Origin: Candidatus Rariloculaceae bacterium
GTDB lineage: Bacteria > Pseudomonadota > Gammaproteobacteria > Steroidobacterales > Rariloculaceae
NCBI GenBank assembly: GCA_965237785.1
Contig: OZ250159.1
Coordinates: 1,099,656-1,163,655, forward strand
Reading direction: 5' to 3'
DNA: 64,000 nucleotides
The notes under the pieces are model-generated. The model was not told the DNA's origin. It was given only the letters and a program-made list of their open reading frames with translations, and made no database searches. Each line of letters opens with the position of its first letter. The first letter of the stretch is position 1. This document shows, piece after piece, positions 10,854-20,992 of this stretch. A program made the translations under genes and the position numbers.

Positions 10854-11643
10854 CGGGCCCCAGGCGGCCCTGGGCGATTTCGAATCCGCGACCTTCGCCG
10901 AGCAACATGTTGTCGGCGGAGACGCGAACGTTGTCGAACTCGACTTCGGCGTGACCAAATGGCGCGTCATCGAATCCCAGCGTGCGCAATCGCCGCACCA
11001 CGGTCACTCCGGGCGTATCGATGGGCACCAGAATCTGCGATTGTCGGGCATGGCGGTTAGCGACTTCCGGATCCGACTTGCCCATGACAATCACGATCCG
11101 GCAGTTTTCGTGCATGGCGCCGGTGATGAACCATTTCCTGCCGTTGACGACATACTCGTCGCCGTCCCTGATGATCGAGCACTCGATATTCGTCGCGTCG
11201 GATGACGCGACAGCCGGCTCTGTCATGGCGAAAGCAGACCGACATTCTCCGGTCAGCAACGGTTCGAGCCAGCTCGCTTGTTGCGCGGGCGTTGCGTACT
11301 TCATCAGGACTTCCATATTCCCGGTATCGGGTGCGCTGCAATTGAATACCTCCGGCGCCCAAAGAACCCGTCCCATGGTCTCAGCGAGCGGGGCGTAGTC
11401 GAGATTGCCGAGACCCTTGCCGCCGTACTGTTGGTGTTCCCTGGGAATGAACAGATTCCACAGGCCGGCAGCCTTCGCGTTTTTCTTCAACTGCCCCATG
11501 AGCGGCGGACTTGCCCAGCGACTTTCGGCCGCTTCGACGTGCTCGAAGTAAAGCTGCTCCACAGGGTACACATGCTCCTGCATGAAGGCGTCCAGTTCAG
11601 CTCTCAGCCTTTTTGCTACATCGCTAAACTCAAATAGCATCAT
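10849..11643 (-). pseudogene. Acyl-CoA dehydrogenase, 3'-truncated and joined to the phosphotransferase fragment
   Basis: Good ACAD sequence (FAMTEPAVASSDATNIE...GEGRGFEIAQGRLGPGR) stops abruptly at the point where IHHCMR normally follows. The C-terminal helical domain is missing. The frame then runs into unrelated sequence. Confidence 0.7.
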
Positions 11644-11851
11644 GGATACCTTTGCCGCTGCTAAGCGGGTGCCAAATGCGAAATATCATGCGTAGGTCGG
11701 AAATCTCGCCTGCTCGGGGCGACTGAATTGCGGCACGGAATTAAAGCTCGCGCGACAGCGGCCTCTTGAACCGAACCCTGAAACGCACATCAAAATTGGA
11801 GAAAACTACCGACTTGACAACATGGATACCAGTGGCCGGCATCGCGACCCA

Positions 11852-13138
11852 TCAGGGCCGGTATGACCCCGGCATCCACGGGCTCTCGTGGTCGATGAGG
11901 ACGAGGCCGACGGTATTCGTGCTGCTCTGGTGAATCACCAGATTCCCGTCATGCGTCGCCCGCATGTTGCGGATGATGCCGATGCCGGAGGGGATCGCCC
12001 AGCTCTGGAACTGCTCGGTTCCCGGGTCGAATCGCAAAAGAACGTCGGGTCTCATTTCCGATTCGTTCAGCCAGACGATGTCGTTGACGACCTCGATGGC
12101 GTACGGGTGCGAGCGATGTCCGTTCGGCGTCGGCCACTCCTTGATCTCGCCGGACTTCGGGTCGAGACGACCGAGGTAGCCGCGCCCGGAATCCACGTAC
12201 CAGACCGTATCGTTGCTGTCGACCGAGAGTCGCCGGACATATTGGTTCCCATGGTGTGACTCCGGATCCGGATTGGGCGTATCGAACTCCTGGATTGCCC
12301 ATGAATCCGGGTCGACCCGGGCAATCTTCGGTGCGCCGCGGTACGCGATCCAGATCATGCCGCTTGAGTCCTCGTCGATACCATAGGGGCGCGCGCCTTC
12401 GGTGGGAGTGTCAATCAACCGGATGTCACCGGTATCCGGCACCAGCCGGCCGATCATGTTGCTGTTCTGGACCGTGAACCAGAGGTCTCCGCTGCGTGTA
12501 ACGATAGGTGTGTGCGGGTCGAGCGCCGCAGGGTCGGGCATTGGGTAGACCGTGATCTCGCCCGTCTCCGGATCGAGCATCCCGACCGTGCCGTTGCCGT
12601 TCCCGGTGTACCAGATGTTGCCTTCCACATCGTTGATGATGCTGTGCGGCATGGCCTTAGGATCGAGCTTCCACTCGGTCATCTCCCCGGTTTCCGGATC
12701 GAGCCGGCCGATGAGACTCCCGTACATCCCCGCCCACCAGATCATTCCATCCGGCGTCATGAGCGGGTCCCGGGGCCGCTGCCCGAGCGTCGGCACACTC
12801 CACTCGAGGAACGTCACCTTGTTGTCGCCGGGTACCAGAGTGGGGCGGCGGTCGTATCGCTCCGGAAAGCTCACGGCGAGATACTGCGTGACGTTCGAAG
12901 CCAGCGGCTCCGGCAGGTCGATCATTGTGCCGATGAGATGCCGCCACTGATCATGCGTGTATCCCGTCGAGCTGAAGATTATGTCGGTTTCGTGGCACGC
13001 CACACAGGCCGCCTGGACCAATTCCTTGCCTGGCCTATCGGGCAGCGCGCTCAATTGTTCCTGTGCGTACACCGGCAGGCAGGCAGCAATGAATGGGACG
13101 ACTGGAAGACGCGACAACAAATTCATGCGATTCTCCAT
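11852..13138 (-). CDS. Secreted cytochrome c domain fused to a Vgb/SMP-30-like beta-propeller
   Basis: After the signal peptide MNLLSRLPVVPFIAACLPVYA comes a CVACHE haem-binding motif. This is followed by repeated ...W(F/Y)T...G.IGR(L/V)DP.TGE... propeller blades. The start is assigned to the ATG at 13138 (or 13126), not the long upstream ORF. Confidence 0.55.
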   Translation of the reverse strand: MENRMNLLSRLPVVPFIAACLPVYAQEQLSALPDRPGKELVQAACVACHETDIIFSSTGYTHDQWRHLIGTMIDLPEPLASNVTQYLAVSFPERYDRRPTLVPGDNKVTFLEWSVPTLGQRPRDPLMTPDGMIWWAGMYGSLIGRLDPETGEMTEWKLDPKAMPHSIINDVEGNIWYTGNGNGTVGMLDPETGEITVYPMPDPAALDPHTPIVTRSGDLWFTVQNSNMIGRLVPDTGDIRLIDTPTEGARPYGIDEDSSGMIWIAYRGAPKIARVDPDSWAIQEFDTPNPDPESHHGNQYVRRLSVDSNDTVWYVDSGRGYLGRLDPKSGEIKEWPTPNGHRSHPYAIEVVNDIVWLNESEMRPDVLLRFDPGTEQFQSWAIPSGIGIIRNMRATHDGNLVIHQSSTNTVGLVLIDHESPWMPGSYRP

Positions 13139-13422
13139 GGCTTTCGGCATGTACCCGGCGTTTGCCTGGATCGTAGCGCACAATGCTAACTCGGAATTAA
13201 GGTCAGGTTCCAGGCAGAACTGCAGTGCGATCATTGTGCGTTCGAACATTCTGCGTGCTTCGAAAGGGCTTTCAATTTCGGTACAACCGACGCGACTGCC
13301 TCCTAAATTGGCAACGGGGTGGGTTCGACTTGCCGCAACGAGTTCTCTTATCATGAAAGAGCACAACGGCTCTGTCTGACGAGCCCGAAAATCAAACGGA
13401 ACCCCGGTAGGAAACGGTGATT

Positions 13423-14193
13423 ATGACAATCAGAGCAACGCCGATAGTTCTTCTTTTTGCCTTGACCGCGATACCCATGGCCCGTGCCCAGGATGCCTCG
13501 GCGACGATCCAGGCTGCCGCCGAGGCACTCGGCATGTTGCGAGGCGTACAACGCAGGATGGATTCCATCAACACGATTCAATTCTCGGGTATGGGAGTAA
13601 TGCGAGTGCCGGAATCCGATGGCGATTGGGTGCAGTACGATGTCGCCGATCTCACCGTCGGTATGAGTTACTTCATTCCCGCCATGCGCTGGGATATGAC
13701 AAGCACCGATTCCGCAGGACAAATGGAGCGTGCGATTGCCGTCGTCCGGAACGATCAAGCCTGGGACGAGGCTGAACCGGGGGTTGGCGCGACGCCTGCG
13801 ATGGATCGGGTCGCCGCACGGCTGAGGCAGATCTGGCTGACACCGCACGGCATTGTTCGCGCGGCAGTGGATGCCGAAGCTGCGACACCCGGTAGCGTTG
13901 AAGTTGCTTCGGGCGGAGGAACCACCACGCTGACAGTGGTAGTCGACGGTGTGCCCGTCACTGCCACCCTGAACGATGATTTTCGCCCGGAAAGGGTTGA
14001 GATGCCGATCGACCATCCGGTGCTGGGCGATACTTTGCTTGAGGCGATTTACTCCGACTACGTAGACTGGCCGATTCTGGATGTCTACTTCCCCTCACGC
14101 ATCGTCCACAGACTGGACGGCGAAACGAGCCTCGATCTTGAGGTGACTTCGTTCTTTCAGAATCCCTATGTCGTATTTCCGATGCCTCAATGA
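13423..14193 (+). CDS. Secreted hypothetical protein
   Basis: Clear signal peptide (TIRATPIVLLFALTAIPMARAQD) and an AGGAAA ribosome-binding site 8 nt upstream of the ATG. I recognise no family. Confidence 0.5.
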   Translation: MTIRATPIVLLFALTAIPMARAQDASATIQAAAEALGMLRGVQRRMDSINTIQFSGMGVMRVPESDGDWVQYDVADLTVGMSYFIPAMRWDMTSTDSAGQMERAIAVVRNDQAWDEAEPGVGATPAMDRVAARLRQIWLTPHGIVRAAVDAEAATPGSVEVASGGGTTTLTVVVDGVPVTATLNDDFRPERVEMPIDHPVLGDTLLEAIYSDYVDWPILDVYFPSRIVHRLDGETSLDLEVTSFFQNPYVVFPMPQ

Positions 14194-14282
14194 AACAACG
14201 TAACAAGTCCGGCTCGCCGGGCGAGGTTACTGGACTTGGGCATGATTAACCACTCGCCCAGACACATTTACTGGAGAGCAAT

Positions 14283-15719
14283 GTGCTAGACAAACGTCAG
14301 TTCTATATCGGTGGCCAGTGGGTTCTGCCGGAACAGGCAAATGACTTCGACGTCATCGATCCCTCCACCGAGGACGTCGTCGGCGTAATTTCCCTGGGCG
14401 ATCAAGCCGACACTGACGCCGCCGTAGCGGCAGCCAACGCCGCCTTTGAGGACTGGTCCGCATCTTCCAGGGAGGAGCGGGTCGCTCTGCTGGAGCGCAT
14501 TCTCGAGGTTTACAAGGCGCGATCCGCTGACATCGCGCAGGCCATCAGTCTGGAAATGGGTGCGCCGATCGATATGGCCAGGACGCAGCAAGCGGGTGCG
14601 GGCGCATGGCATATCAAGGGATTCATTCGCACGTTGCAGGGATTCGAGTTCGAACGGATGCTGGGCCCGCATGCGCCCAACGATCGAATTCTCTACGAGC
14701 CGGTGGGTGTTTGCGGTCTGATTACACCGTGGAACTGGCCGATGAACCAGATCGCGCTCAAGGTGATCCCCGCGCTGGCGGCGGGCTGCACCATGGTGCT
14801 CAAGCCGTCGGAAATTGCGCCACTTTCGGCCATGGTTTTTGCTGAAGTCATGCACGACGCAGGGACGCCCGCGGGGGTATTCAACATGCTCAACGGCGAC
14901 GGGCCTGGAGTAGGCACCCAGCTCAGCGGGCATCCGGATCTCGATATGATCTCCTTTACCGGTTCGACACGCGCCGGATCGGAAATATCCAGGAATGCCG
15001 CGGCCACGCACAAGCGGGTGCATTTGGAACTCGGTGGCAAGGGCGCAAATATCATTTTCAGCGATGCGAATGAGAAAGCAGCGAAGCGCGGCGCTTTGCA
15101 GTGTTTCAATAACACGGGGCAGTCCTGCAATGCGCCGACGCGAATGCTGGTGCAAAGCGATATCTACGACGAGTGCGTTGCGGCGGTTGCGGCCGTTGCA
15201 AGCACCTACCAGATCGGCCCGGCTTCCAGGCAAGGTCGGCACGCCGGCCCTGTCGTGAGTCGCGGGCAATTCGACAAGATCCAGGGTTATATACAAACCG
15301 GGATCGATGAGGGAGCGCGTTTGGTTGCCGGCGGATTGGGACTGCCGGAAGGCATCGACTCCGGCTATTTCGTCAGGCCGACTGTGTTTGCCAATGTCTC
15401 CAACGACATGACGATTGCGCGAGAGGAAATTTTCGGGCCCGTATTGGCGATCATTCCCTTTGATACCGAAGAAGATGCCATCCGCATCGCCAACGATACG
15501 CCCTATGGACTGACCAACTATGTCCAGAGCGAAGACGGCGCGAAACGCAATCGTGTCGCGCGCCGGCTGCGTTCGGGAATGGTAGAGATGAATGGCCAGT
15601 CGCGGGGCGCCGGTAGTCCGTTTGGCGGCATGAAAGCATCGGGCAACGGTCGCGAAGGGGGCGTTTGGGGTCTGGAGGAGTTTCTCGAAGTCAAAGCCGT
15701 CAGCGGTTGGGCTGAGTAA
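14283..15719 (+). CDS. NAD(P)-dependent aldehyde dehydrogenase
   Basis: 478 aa with ELGGKG and the FNTGQSCNAP catalytic-Cys region. GGAGA ribosome-binding site before the GTG start. Confidence 0.9.
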   Translation: MLDKRQFYIGGQWVLPEQANDFDVIDPSTEDVVGVISLGDQADTDAAVAAANAAFEDWSASSREERVALLERILEVYKARSADIAQAISLEMGAPIDMARTQQAGAGAWHIKGFIRTLQGFEFERMLGPHAPNDRILYEPVGVCGLITPWNWPMNQIALKVIPALAAGCTMVLKPSEIAPLSAMVFAEVMHDAGTPAGVFNMLNGDGPGVGTQLSGHPDLDMISFTGSTRAGSEISRNAAATHKRVHLELGGKGANIIFSDANEKAAKRGALQCFNNTGQSCNAPTRMLVQSDIYDECVAAVAAVASTYQIGPASRQGRHAGPVVSRGQFDKIQGYIQTGIDEGARLVAGGLGLPEGIDSGYFVRPTVFANVSNDMTIAREEIFGPVLAIIPFDTEEDAIRIANDTPYGLTNYVQSEDGAKRNRVARRLRSGMVEMNGQSRGAGSPFGGMKASGNGREGGVWGLEEFLEVKAVSGWAE

Positions 15720-15869
15720 TTAGGGTAGGGGAAATGGCAAGAGACACGAATACAGTGTCATTCAAGGGAATGCTAACCGTAGTAGCGACCGGGCTTGTCA
15801 GCCTTGGGATTTACCAGGCAGAGGCCCAGACGCGATCGTTTGGCGGGAAGAGAGTTTGAAGAGAGTTTA

Positions 15870-17051
15870 ATGAGAGAAGCAGTCATCGTTTCAACCGCGC
15901 GGACGCCGATCGGCAAAGCTTATCGCGGCGCCTTCAACAACACCGAAGCTCCGACGCTCGGCGGGCATGCGGTGCGGCACGCGATTGAGCGCGCGGAACT
16001 GGATCCATCCGAGGTCGATGACGTCATGATGGGTTGCGCCATGCCGCAGGGAACGCAGGGCTATAACGTCGGCCGGCAGATTGCGCTTGCGGCTGGCCTG
16101 CCCGTAACCACGGCCGGCATGACGATTGACCGGCAGTGCTCGTCCGGCATGATGGCTATAGCGCTGGCTGCAAAGACCGTTATCTGCGACAACGTCGATG
16201 TCGTGGTTGCCGGTGGCCTCGAATCAATCAGCCTGGTTCAGAACAAGCACGCCAATGTCTACCGTGCGACCGACCCCCGTTTGCTGGCAACGCACGAGCA
16301 TTTCTACATGCCCATGATCGATACGGCTGACGTTGTGGCCAATCGCTACGGCATCACTCGAGACAGTCAGGACGAGTATGCGTTGCAAAGTCAGCAGCGT
16401 ACCGCGGCCGGTCAGGCGAACGGCAAGTTCAACGATGAGATCGTGCCACTGCCATCGACCAAGGGCGTGATGGATCGGGAGACCGGGGAAATCGGTTTCG
16501 AGGCCGTGGTTCTGGAGAAGGATGAAGGCAATCGATCCGGAACCAGTCTGGAGGGCTTGTCGTCGCTCAATCCAGTCCGGGAAGACGGGTTCATAACGGC
16601 CGGAAACGCGAGTCAGTTATCGGACGGCGCATCCGCTTGTGTGGTCATGGAAGCGAGTATCGCCGAGCGTAAGGGCCTGCTCCCTCTGGGCATTTACCGC
16701 GGAACGGCGGTGGCCGGCTGCGAACCCGATGAGATGGGGATCGGACCGGTTTTCGCCGTACCGAAGCTGCTGGAGCGTAACGGCCTTAAGATGGACGATA
16801 TCGACCTGTGGGAGCTCAACGAAGCGTTCGCCGTGCAGGTGCTTTATTGCCGGGATACGCTCGGCATCCCAAACGACAGGTTGAACGTCGATGGCGGCGC
16901 CATTTCGATCGGACACCCCTATGGCATGTCCGGTGCGCGGATGGTCGGCCATGCGCTGATCGAGGGTAAGCGGCGTGGTGCGCGATACCTCGTATGCACC
17001 ATGTGTATCGGCGGTGGCCAGGGTGCTGCGTCACTGTTCGAAGTCGTGTAG
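15870..17051 (+). CDS. Acetyl-CoA C-acyltransferase (thiolase)
   Basis: [22 protein letters not shown], the active-site region DRQCSSGM, and the C-terminal CIGGGQGAA. Confidence 0.9.
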   Translation: MREAVIVSTARTPIGKAYRGAFNNTEAPTLGGHAVRHAIERAELDPSEVDDVMMGCAMPQGTQGYNVGRQIALAAGLPVTTAGMTIDRQCSSGMMAIALAAKTVICDNVDVVVAGGLESISLVQNKHANVYRATDPRLLATHEHFYMPMIDTADVVANRYGITRDSQDEYALQSQQRTAAGQANGKFNDEIVPLPSTKGVMDRETGEIGFEAVVLEKDEGNRSGTSLEGLSSLNPVREDGFITAGNASQLSDGASACVVMEASIAERKGLLPLGIYRGTAVAGCEPDEMGIGPVFAVPKLLERNGLKMDDIDLWELNEAFAVQVLYCRDTLGIPNDRLNVDGGAISIGHPYGMSGARMVGHALIEGKRRGARYLVCTMCIGGGQGAASLFEVV

Positions 17052-17062
17052 GGCAGGGGAAT

Positions 17063-17161
17063 ATGGCGATGCGCGCGGTGGTTTGCTCGGAGCTCGGGCC
17101 CGCCAGCAAACTGAAGTTAACGGATTTCCCCGAGCCCTGGGCAAGGTGGTTCTCAGGGTAG
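17063..17161 (+). pseudogene. Remnant of an MDR / NADPH:quinone oxidoreductase gene (first ~25 codons only)
   Basis: MAMRAVVCSELGPASKLKLTDFPEP is a typical MDR N-terminus. The expected continuation (KVVLRV) is in another frame, and the gene then ends. Confidence 0.45.
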
Positions 17162-17165
17162 GGGA

Positions 17166-17480
17166 GTGCTGATGGAGCTTGAGGGCAGGACCGTCGCCGT
17201 CACGGGTGCCGCCGGCGGTATTGGCGCAGCACTGTGTCGCGGGTTTCACGACGCCGGCGCCGCGGCGATCGCGGCACTCGACCTGGATCGACCCGGTGCT
17301 GAGGCGGTTACAGCACCTCTCTCCGGACTGGCGCTCGGTGTGGACGTCGGCAACGAGGGGGCGCTCATCATGATTCTGCCGCACGCCAGGGCGGGAGACT
17401 ATTTTCGCGGCAAGGCCGCCGACTACGAGCGTTGGATCGCCGGCATGCGCGGGTTGCGTCGCAAGGCCAGGCGAGCGTAG
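17166..17480 (+). pseudogene. SDR gene with a large in-frame internal deletion
   Basis: The N-terminal RTVAVTGAAGGIGAAL...VDVGNEGAL is joined directly to a C-terminal-type tail ILPHARAGDYFRGKAADYERWIAGMRGL. Total length is 104 aa against ~250-270 expected. The catalytic S/YxxxK region is absent. Confidence 0.55.
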
Positions 17481-17534
17481 TCCGCAGTTCTTGCAAAGCT
17501 GCGACCGTGGGCGCGTTCGGACAGCACTTGCGGT

Positions 17535-18281
17535 TCAGATCGTGCCGGTAAAGCTGAAAGCGCGCATGCCCGTTTCGTCCGGATCGCCAGTCAATATCTC
17601 CAGACCGCGCACCAGGGCGATGGGCGCGTCCGGGCGAGCGCGGGCCAGACCGCTTATATCGTAGTTGCCGTCAGCACCGAGGCTGGCGGACCCCCGTACC
17701 TGCAGCGGACCGCCCCGGTCCTCAAAAGCACCCCTGAGGTCAGCGGTACCGGAAAGCGAGACGTTGTAGCTGCCGAGCGCAACGGAATCGCCCACGCTGC
17801 CGGGAACCAGGGATGGCACGATGAGTTGGGCCAGGCGCACCTCTCCCGTGGCAGCGGTCAGCCGGCCGTTTTGCAGCACGACTTCGGTCAAATCGAAGCT
17901 GATCTGACCGCGGATACCGACGATGGGCAGAACGGCCGCAAGGGCTGAAAGGCTGCAACCGGCACGAAGCCCCGTAAGGACGATTTCTCCGGTCCCGACG
18001 CGAACATCGGCTTGCAGGAATCCATCGCCGAGGCCGGTCTCGATCCGCGCCCCCGGCCGCGCGAGCAGGATCGACCAGGGTTGGATCTGCCAACGGAGTT
18101 CCTGGAATCCGAGTTCGCCCGCGGAACCCAACTCGGCACGGCCCGACCACACCGTACCTTGTAACCCGGATAGACGAAGTTCGTCAGGCGCAAACCAGCG
18201 GTAGGCGGTGCCGGCCGGGAAGGACGCGATGGTGAACGCGATATAGGCGGCCACGCCCAGGCCTATCCACCTGGTCTGCAT
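17535..18281 (-). CDS. gspN: Type II secretion system protein N
   Basis: Last gene of the gsp operon. Single N-terminal TM helix, then ...LSGLQGTVWSGRAE...ELRWQIQPWSLL..., typical of GspN. Confidence 0.7.
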   Translation of the reverse strand: MQTRWIGLGVAAYIAFTIASFPAGTAYRWFAPDELRLSGLQGTVWSGRAELGSAGELGFQELRWQIQPWSILLARPGARIETGLGDGFLQADVRVGTGEIVLTGLRAGCSLSALAAVLPIVGIRGQISFDLTEVVLQNGRLTAATGEVRLAQLIVPSLVPGSVGDSVALGSYNVSLSGTADLRGAFEDRGGPLQVRGSASLGADGNYDISGLARARPDAPIALVRGLEILTGDPDETGMRAFSFTGTI

Positions 18282-18357
18282 GGCTCACAGTTCCCGGTCG
18301 CGTGCGGATTGGCGACCGCGGTAGCGACTCGGTGCGCGATGCGGGCGAGACTTCACG

Positions 18358-18828
18358 CTAGTTTCTCCGCAATACCAGGGTCGCGTTGACGAGTCCGGGC
18401 TGTTGCGTGGAATCCATATTGGCCGAATCCACGGATATTCCGTGGCCCTGTTGCAAGGCGTCGAGCCAACCCAGCAGGCGGGCGAACGGAACCCGCTGGA
18501 AGCTCACGCGAATCCCGTTCTCACCATCGGGTTGATTGCGGGCCAGTGTGCCGCCCAAACCGTGTGCTCGATGTGTTTGGTCCATTACCAGAACCAAAGA
18601 CTCCGACGATGGTAAGGACCGGGGCAGGGAGGCGCCAATCGCCTCGAACCGGCGCACCTCGCTCAGCGTCCCTTGCTTCTCGGTCACGGCTCGGTCCAAC
18701 TCCAGGGTCGCGTTTCGCAACGGTGTCCAGGCGAAACTCCACGCGAGGATCAACGTAGCCAATGCGCCGCCAATTGCAATGACAAGGCGCTCGCGGGGTT
18801 GCAGGGATTCGAACCACGTTCTCATCAT
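18358..18828 (-). CDS. gspM: Type II secretion system protein M
   Basis: 156 aa. WFESLQPRERLVIAIGGALATLIL has the TM topology and the position between gspL and gspN. Confidence 0.7.
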   Translation of the reverse strand: MMRTWFESLQPRERLVIAIGGALATLILAWSFAWTPLRNATLELDRAVTEKQGTLSEVRRFEAIGASLPRSLPSSESLVLVMDQTHRAHGLGGTLARNQPDGENGIRVSFQRVPFARLLGWLDALQQGHGISVDSANMDSTQQPGLVNATLVLRRN

Positions 18829-20060
18829 GGTTCACCGGTGATCTGCAAGCGTCCCAACACGCCGTCCTCGGAGGGATTGGCGGACAAGATGGAGGCCTGA
18901 AACGCGCCCTGGCCGTTCACCTTTCGGGTCAACTCGTCCAGCGCGGAAACGCTGGCGGATGTCATACGCAGGTCCATTACTCCATTGCGATAGCTTAATG
19001 CTTCGATGCTCGCGGTTTCGTCCCACGCTTGCGTCACCGCGTCCAGTACCGCCAGGAAGCCACCTCCGGTGCTGTTGGCGGTCGATGCCAGGACCCGCCG
19101 AACCTCGGCCTCGCAACTCGATAGCACGGCTGATTGCACAGCGCGTTGACACGCTGTCCGCAGCATCGATGTCAACGTCCGGTCTTCCCTGCTCAACGAC
19201 ACGTAGCGCACGCCTTCGCCGAGCATTGCCAGCGAGACGAGACCGACCAGCAGCGCGGCGGCCATCCGCCAGGGCTTGAACCTGGTGTGCCAATCGGTCT
19301 TGGGCCCATACGCGCCCTGCAGCAAGTTGCTTCCCGGTTGGCCTATCAGCGTTGTTCCGAGCCGGGGCAGCAATCCGTCTCGCAACAGTTGTACATCGAC
19401 GCTGAGGTTCTGCTCGCGCAGCCACGCCAACTCATCCTCACACCGGGCGTATCCCGCTTCGTCGGCGTACAGGAGCACGTGCAGGGGATCGGATTGACCT
19501 TCGACGTTGCCGTGTACCACCTCCAGGACCTCACTCAGCGTCAGCCCCTGCAGCGCGAAGGGCGCCTGCCCGGGAGCACGGCCATGGATGCAATTGTCTT
19601 CGACGAGCAGGGTCAGGCATCCGGGCGTTGCCGGCACGCCTTCGGATTCCGCGTACATGAGTTCCGGCGACAGTCCGGCACGTTCGCAGTCCTCAAGCCA
19701 GCGATCCACAAGCGGCCGGGCAACGACCGCCACGGGCATCTCGCCCGACGCATCCCTCGTGCCCGCGGCGAAATGCAGCCGCTCCACATCGTCGGCGACC
19801 GCATCTTCAAGGGAGTACGGCAGCATCTGCCGCAACCGTGTCGGACTCTTGACCGGCAAGGATGCGCGGGTGCAGACGACGCCAAGCCCGGAAACCAGCA
19901 ACATCACGCGCCGCTGGCCGGCCGCCGGGACAGCGGCCTCCAGGGAGCCCTGCCCGATAGGTGAGAGGCGCTGTCCAGCGGAGTCAAGCGCAACCCAGCT
20001 AACGTCCCCGGTACCGTCCGCGGATTCCGCCGGCAATCGAACCACCAGGAATTCAGCCAC
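18825..20060 (-). CDS. gspL: Type II secretion system protein L
   Basis: 411 aa, with a cytoplasmic domain, one TM helix (AAALLVGLVSLAML) and a periplasmic domain. Its end overlaps the gspM start by 4 nt. Confidence 0.75.
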   Translation of the reverse strand: MAEFLVVRLPAESADGTGDVSWVALDSAGQRLSPIGQGSLEAAVPAAGQRRVMLLVSGLGVVCTRASLPVKSPTRLRQMLPYSLEDAVADDVERLHFAAGTRDASGEMPVAVVARPLVDRWLEDCERAGLSPELMYAESEGVPATPGCLTLLVEDNCIHGRAPGQAPFALQGLTLSEVLEVVHGNVEGQSDPLHVLLYADEAGYARCEDELAWLREQNLSVDVQLLRDGLLPRLGTTLIGQPGSNLLQGAYGPKTDWHTRFKPWRMAAALLVGLVSLAMLGEGVRYVSLSREDRTLTSMLRTACQRAVQSAVLSSCEAEVRRVLASTANSTGGGFLAVLDAVTQAWDETASIEALSYRNGVMDLRMTSASVSALDELTRKVNGQGAFQASILSANPSEDGVLGRLQITGEP

Positions 20061-20062
20061 GG

Positions 20063-20992
20063 CTACAGCACCCCCAGACTGCGAAAGATTGCGCCGACGA
20101 GACCGCTCGGATCCCGTTCCAGCAGAGAGTATAAGGTCAGTTGATGCGTGCCGAGCACTACTGTAGCGGTCAGCAGAAAGTATCGGCTGGTGCCTGCCAT
20201 ACGGCCGCGGACGTCGGGATCCACCAGGTTGCCGAAGGTCGCATCGATGTCCGCGAATTCGGCACCGCCGCGCTGCTCTACCAGCGACGCCGCCAGGGCG
20301 AGGTCGATATCGTCCGAAAGGGAGGCCAGGACCGGCGCCGACGCGGTATTGACATTCAAAAGAGTACCCGACGGCAACGTCGTGACGTAGGGCAGCAAGA
20401 CCTGGAAACTGTCCGCATCGAATCCCGTCATCGCCGTCAATTCGCTGGGGCTGGTGATCGGTCCATCGGGCGTACGATAGGGCGGCGTGGCGCTCGCATA
20501 GGCGCCGTCCTCCGCACCGCCCGGAAAGCTGGCGTCCCCGTTTGCGTCGAGCCAGTCGATAACCGCGCCTGCGACGCTTGCGTCCAATCCCAGCGACGCC
20601 AGCAATCGCTCGAATTGCCGTTGAGCGATAACATCGACCTCACCCTGGGGAGTCACCAGATTATTCAGGTTGAAGCGCCCCTGCAGATCTTCCAGGCGAC
20701 CGCCGATGGCGCCGCCGTCCACCGGCAGCGGAGGCAACTCCAAGGCCCACTGTTCGCCCAGATGGTCGCTTTGCGGCGATTCCACCTGGTCCTGGCGGAG
20801 AATGTCTCCGGCCCACGCTTCGGCGCCTTGCAGGTACATCAGGCCCTGGTCCGCTGCCAGTCCGGCCGCCGCCCTTCGTTGGTCCACGGTGGCGGTCCAC
20901 ATCATGTTCACGGCGATCATCGTGCCGAGAGTCACTACGACCATGGCGGTCAGGACCGCCACGCCGCGCTGCTGTTGCGCGGCATGGTTCAT
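20063..20992 (-). CDS. gspK: Type II secretion minor pseudopilin K
   Basis: QRGVAVLTAMVVVTL N-terminal helix, size ~309 aa, and position in the operon. Confidence 0.8.
   Translation of the reverse strand: MNHAAQQQRGVAVLTAMVVVTLGTMIAVNMMWTATVDQRRAAAGLAADQGLMYLQGAEAWAGDILRQDQVESPQSDHLGEQWALELPPLPVDGGAIGGRLEDLQGRFNLNNLVTPQGEVDVIAQRQFERLLASLGLDASVAGAVIDWLDANGDASFPGGAEDGAYASATPPYRTPDGPITSPSELTAMTGFDADSFQVLLPYVTTLPSGTLLNVNTASAPVLASLSDDIDLALAASLVEQRGGAEFADIDATFGNLVDPDVRGRMAGTSRYFLLTATVVLGTHQLTLYSLLERDPSGLVGAIFRSLGVL

Noticed and set aside
18795-18825. tggttcgaatccctgc, which looks like a tRNA T-loop, on the minus strand.
   Set aside because: It lies inside the gspM start (MMRTWFESLQ). The flanking bases do not form a T-stem, and no acceptor, D or anticodon arms can be drawn.
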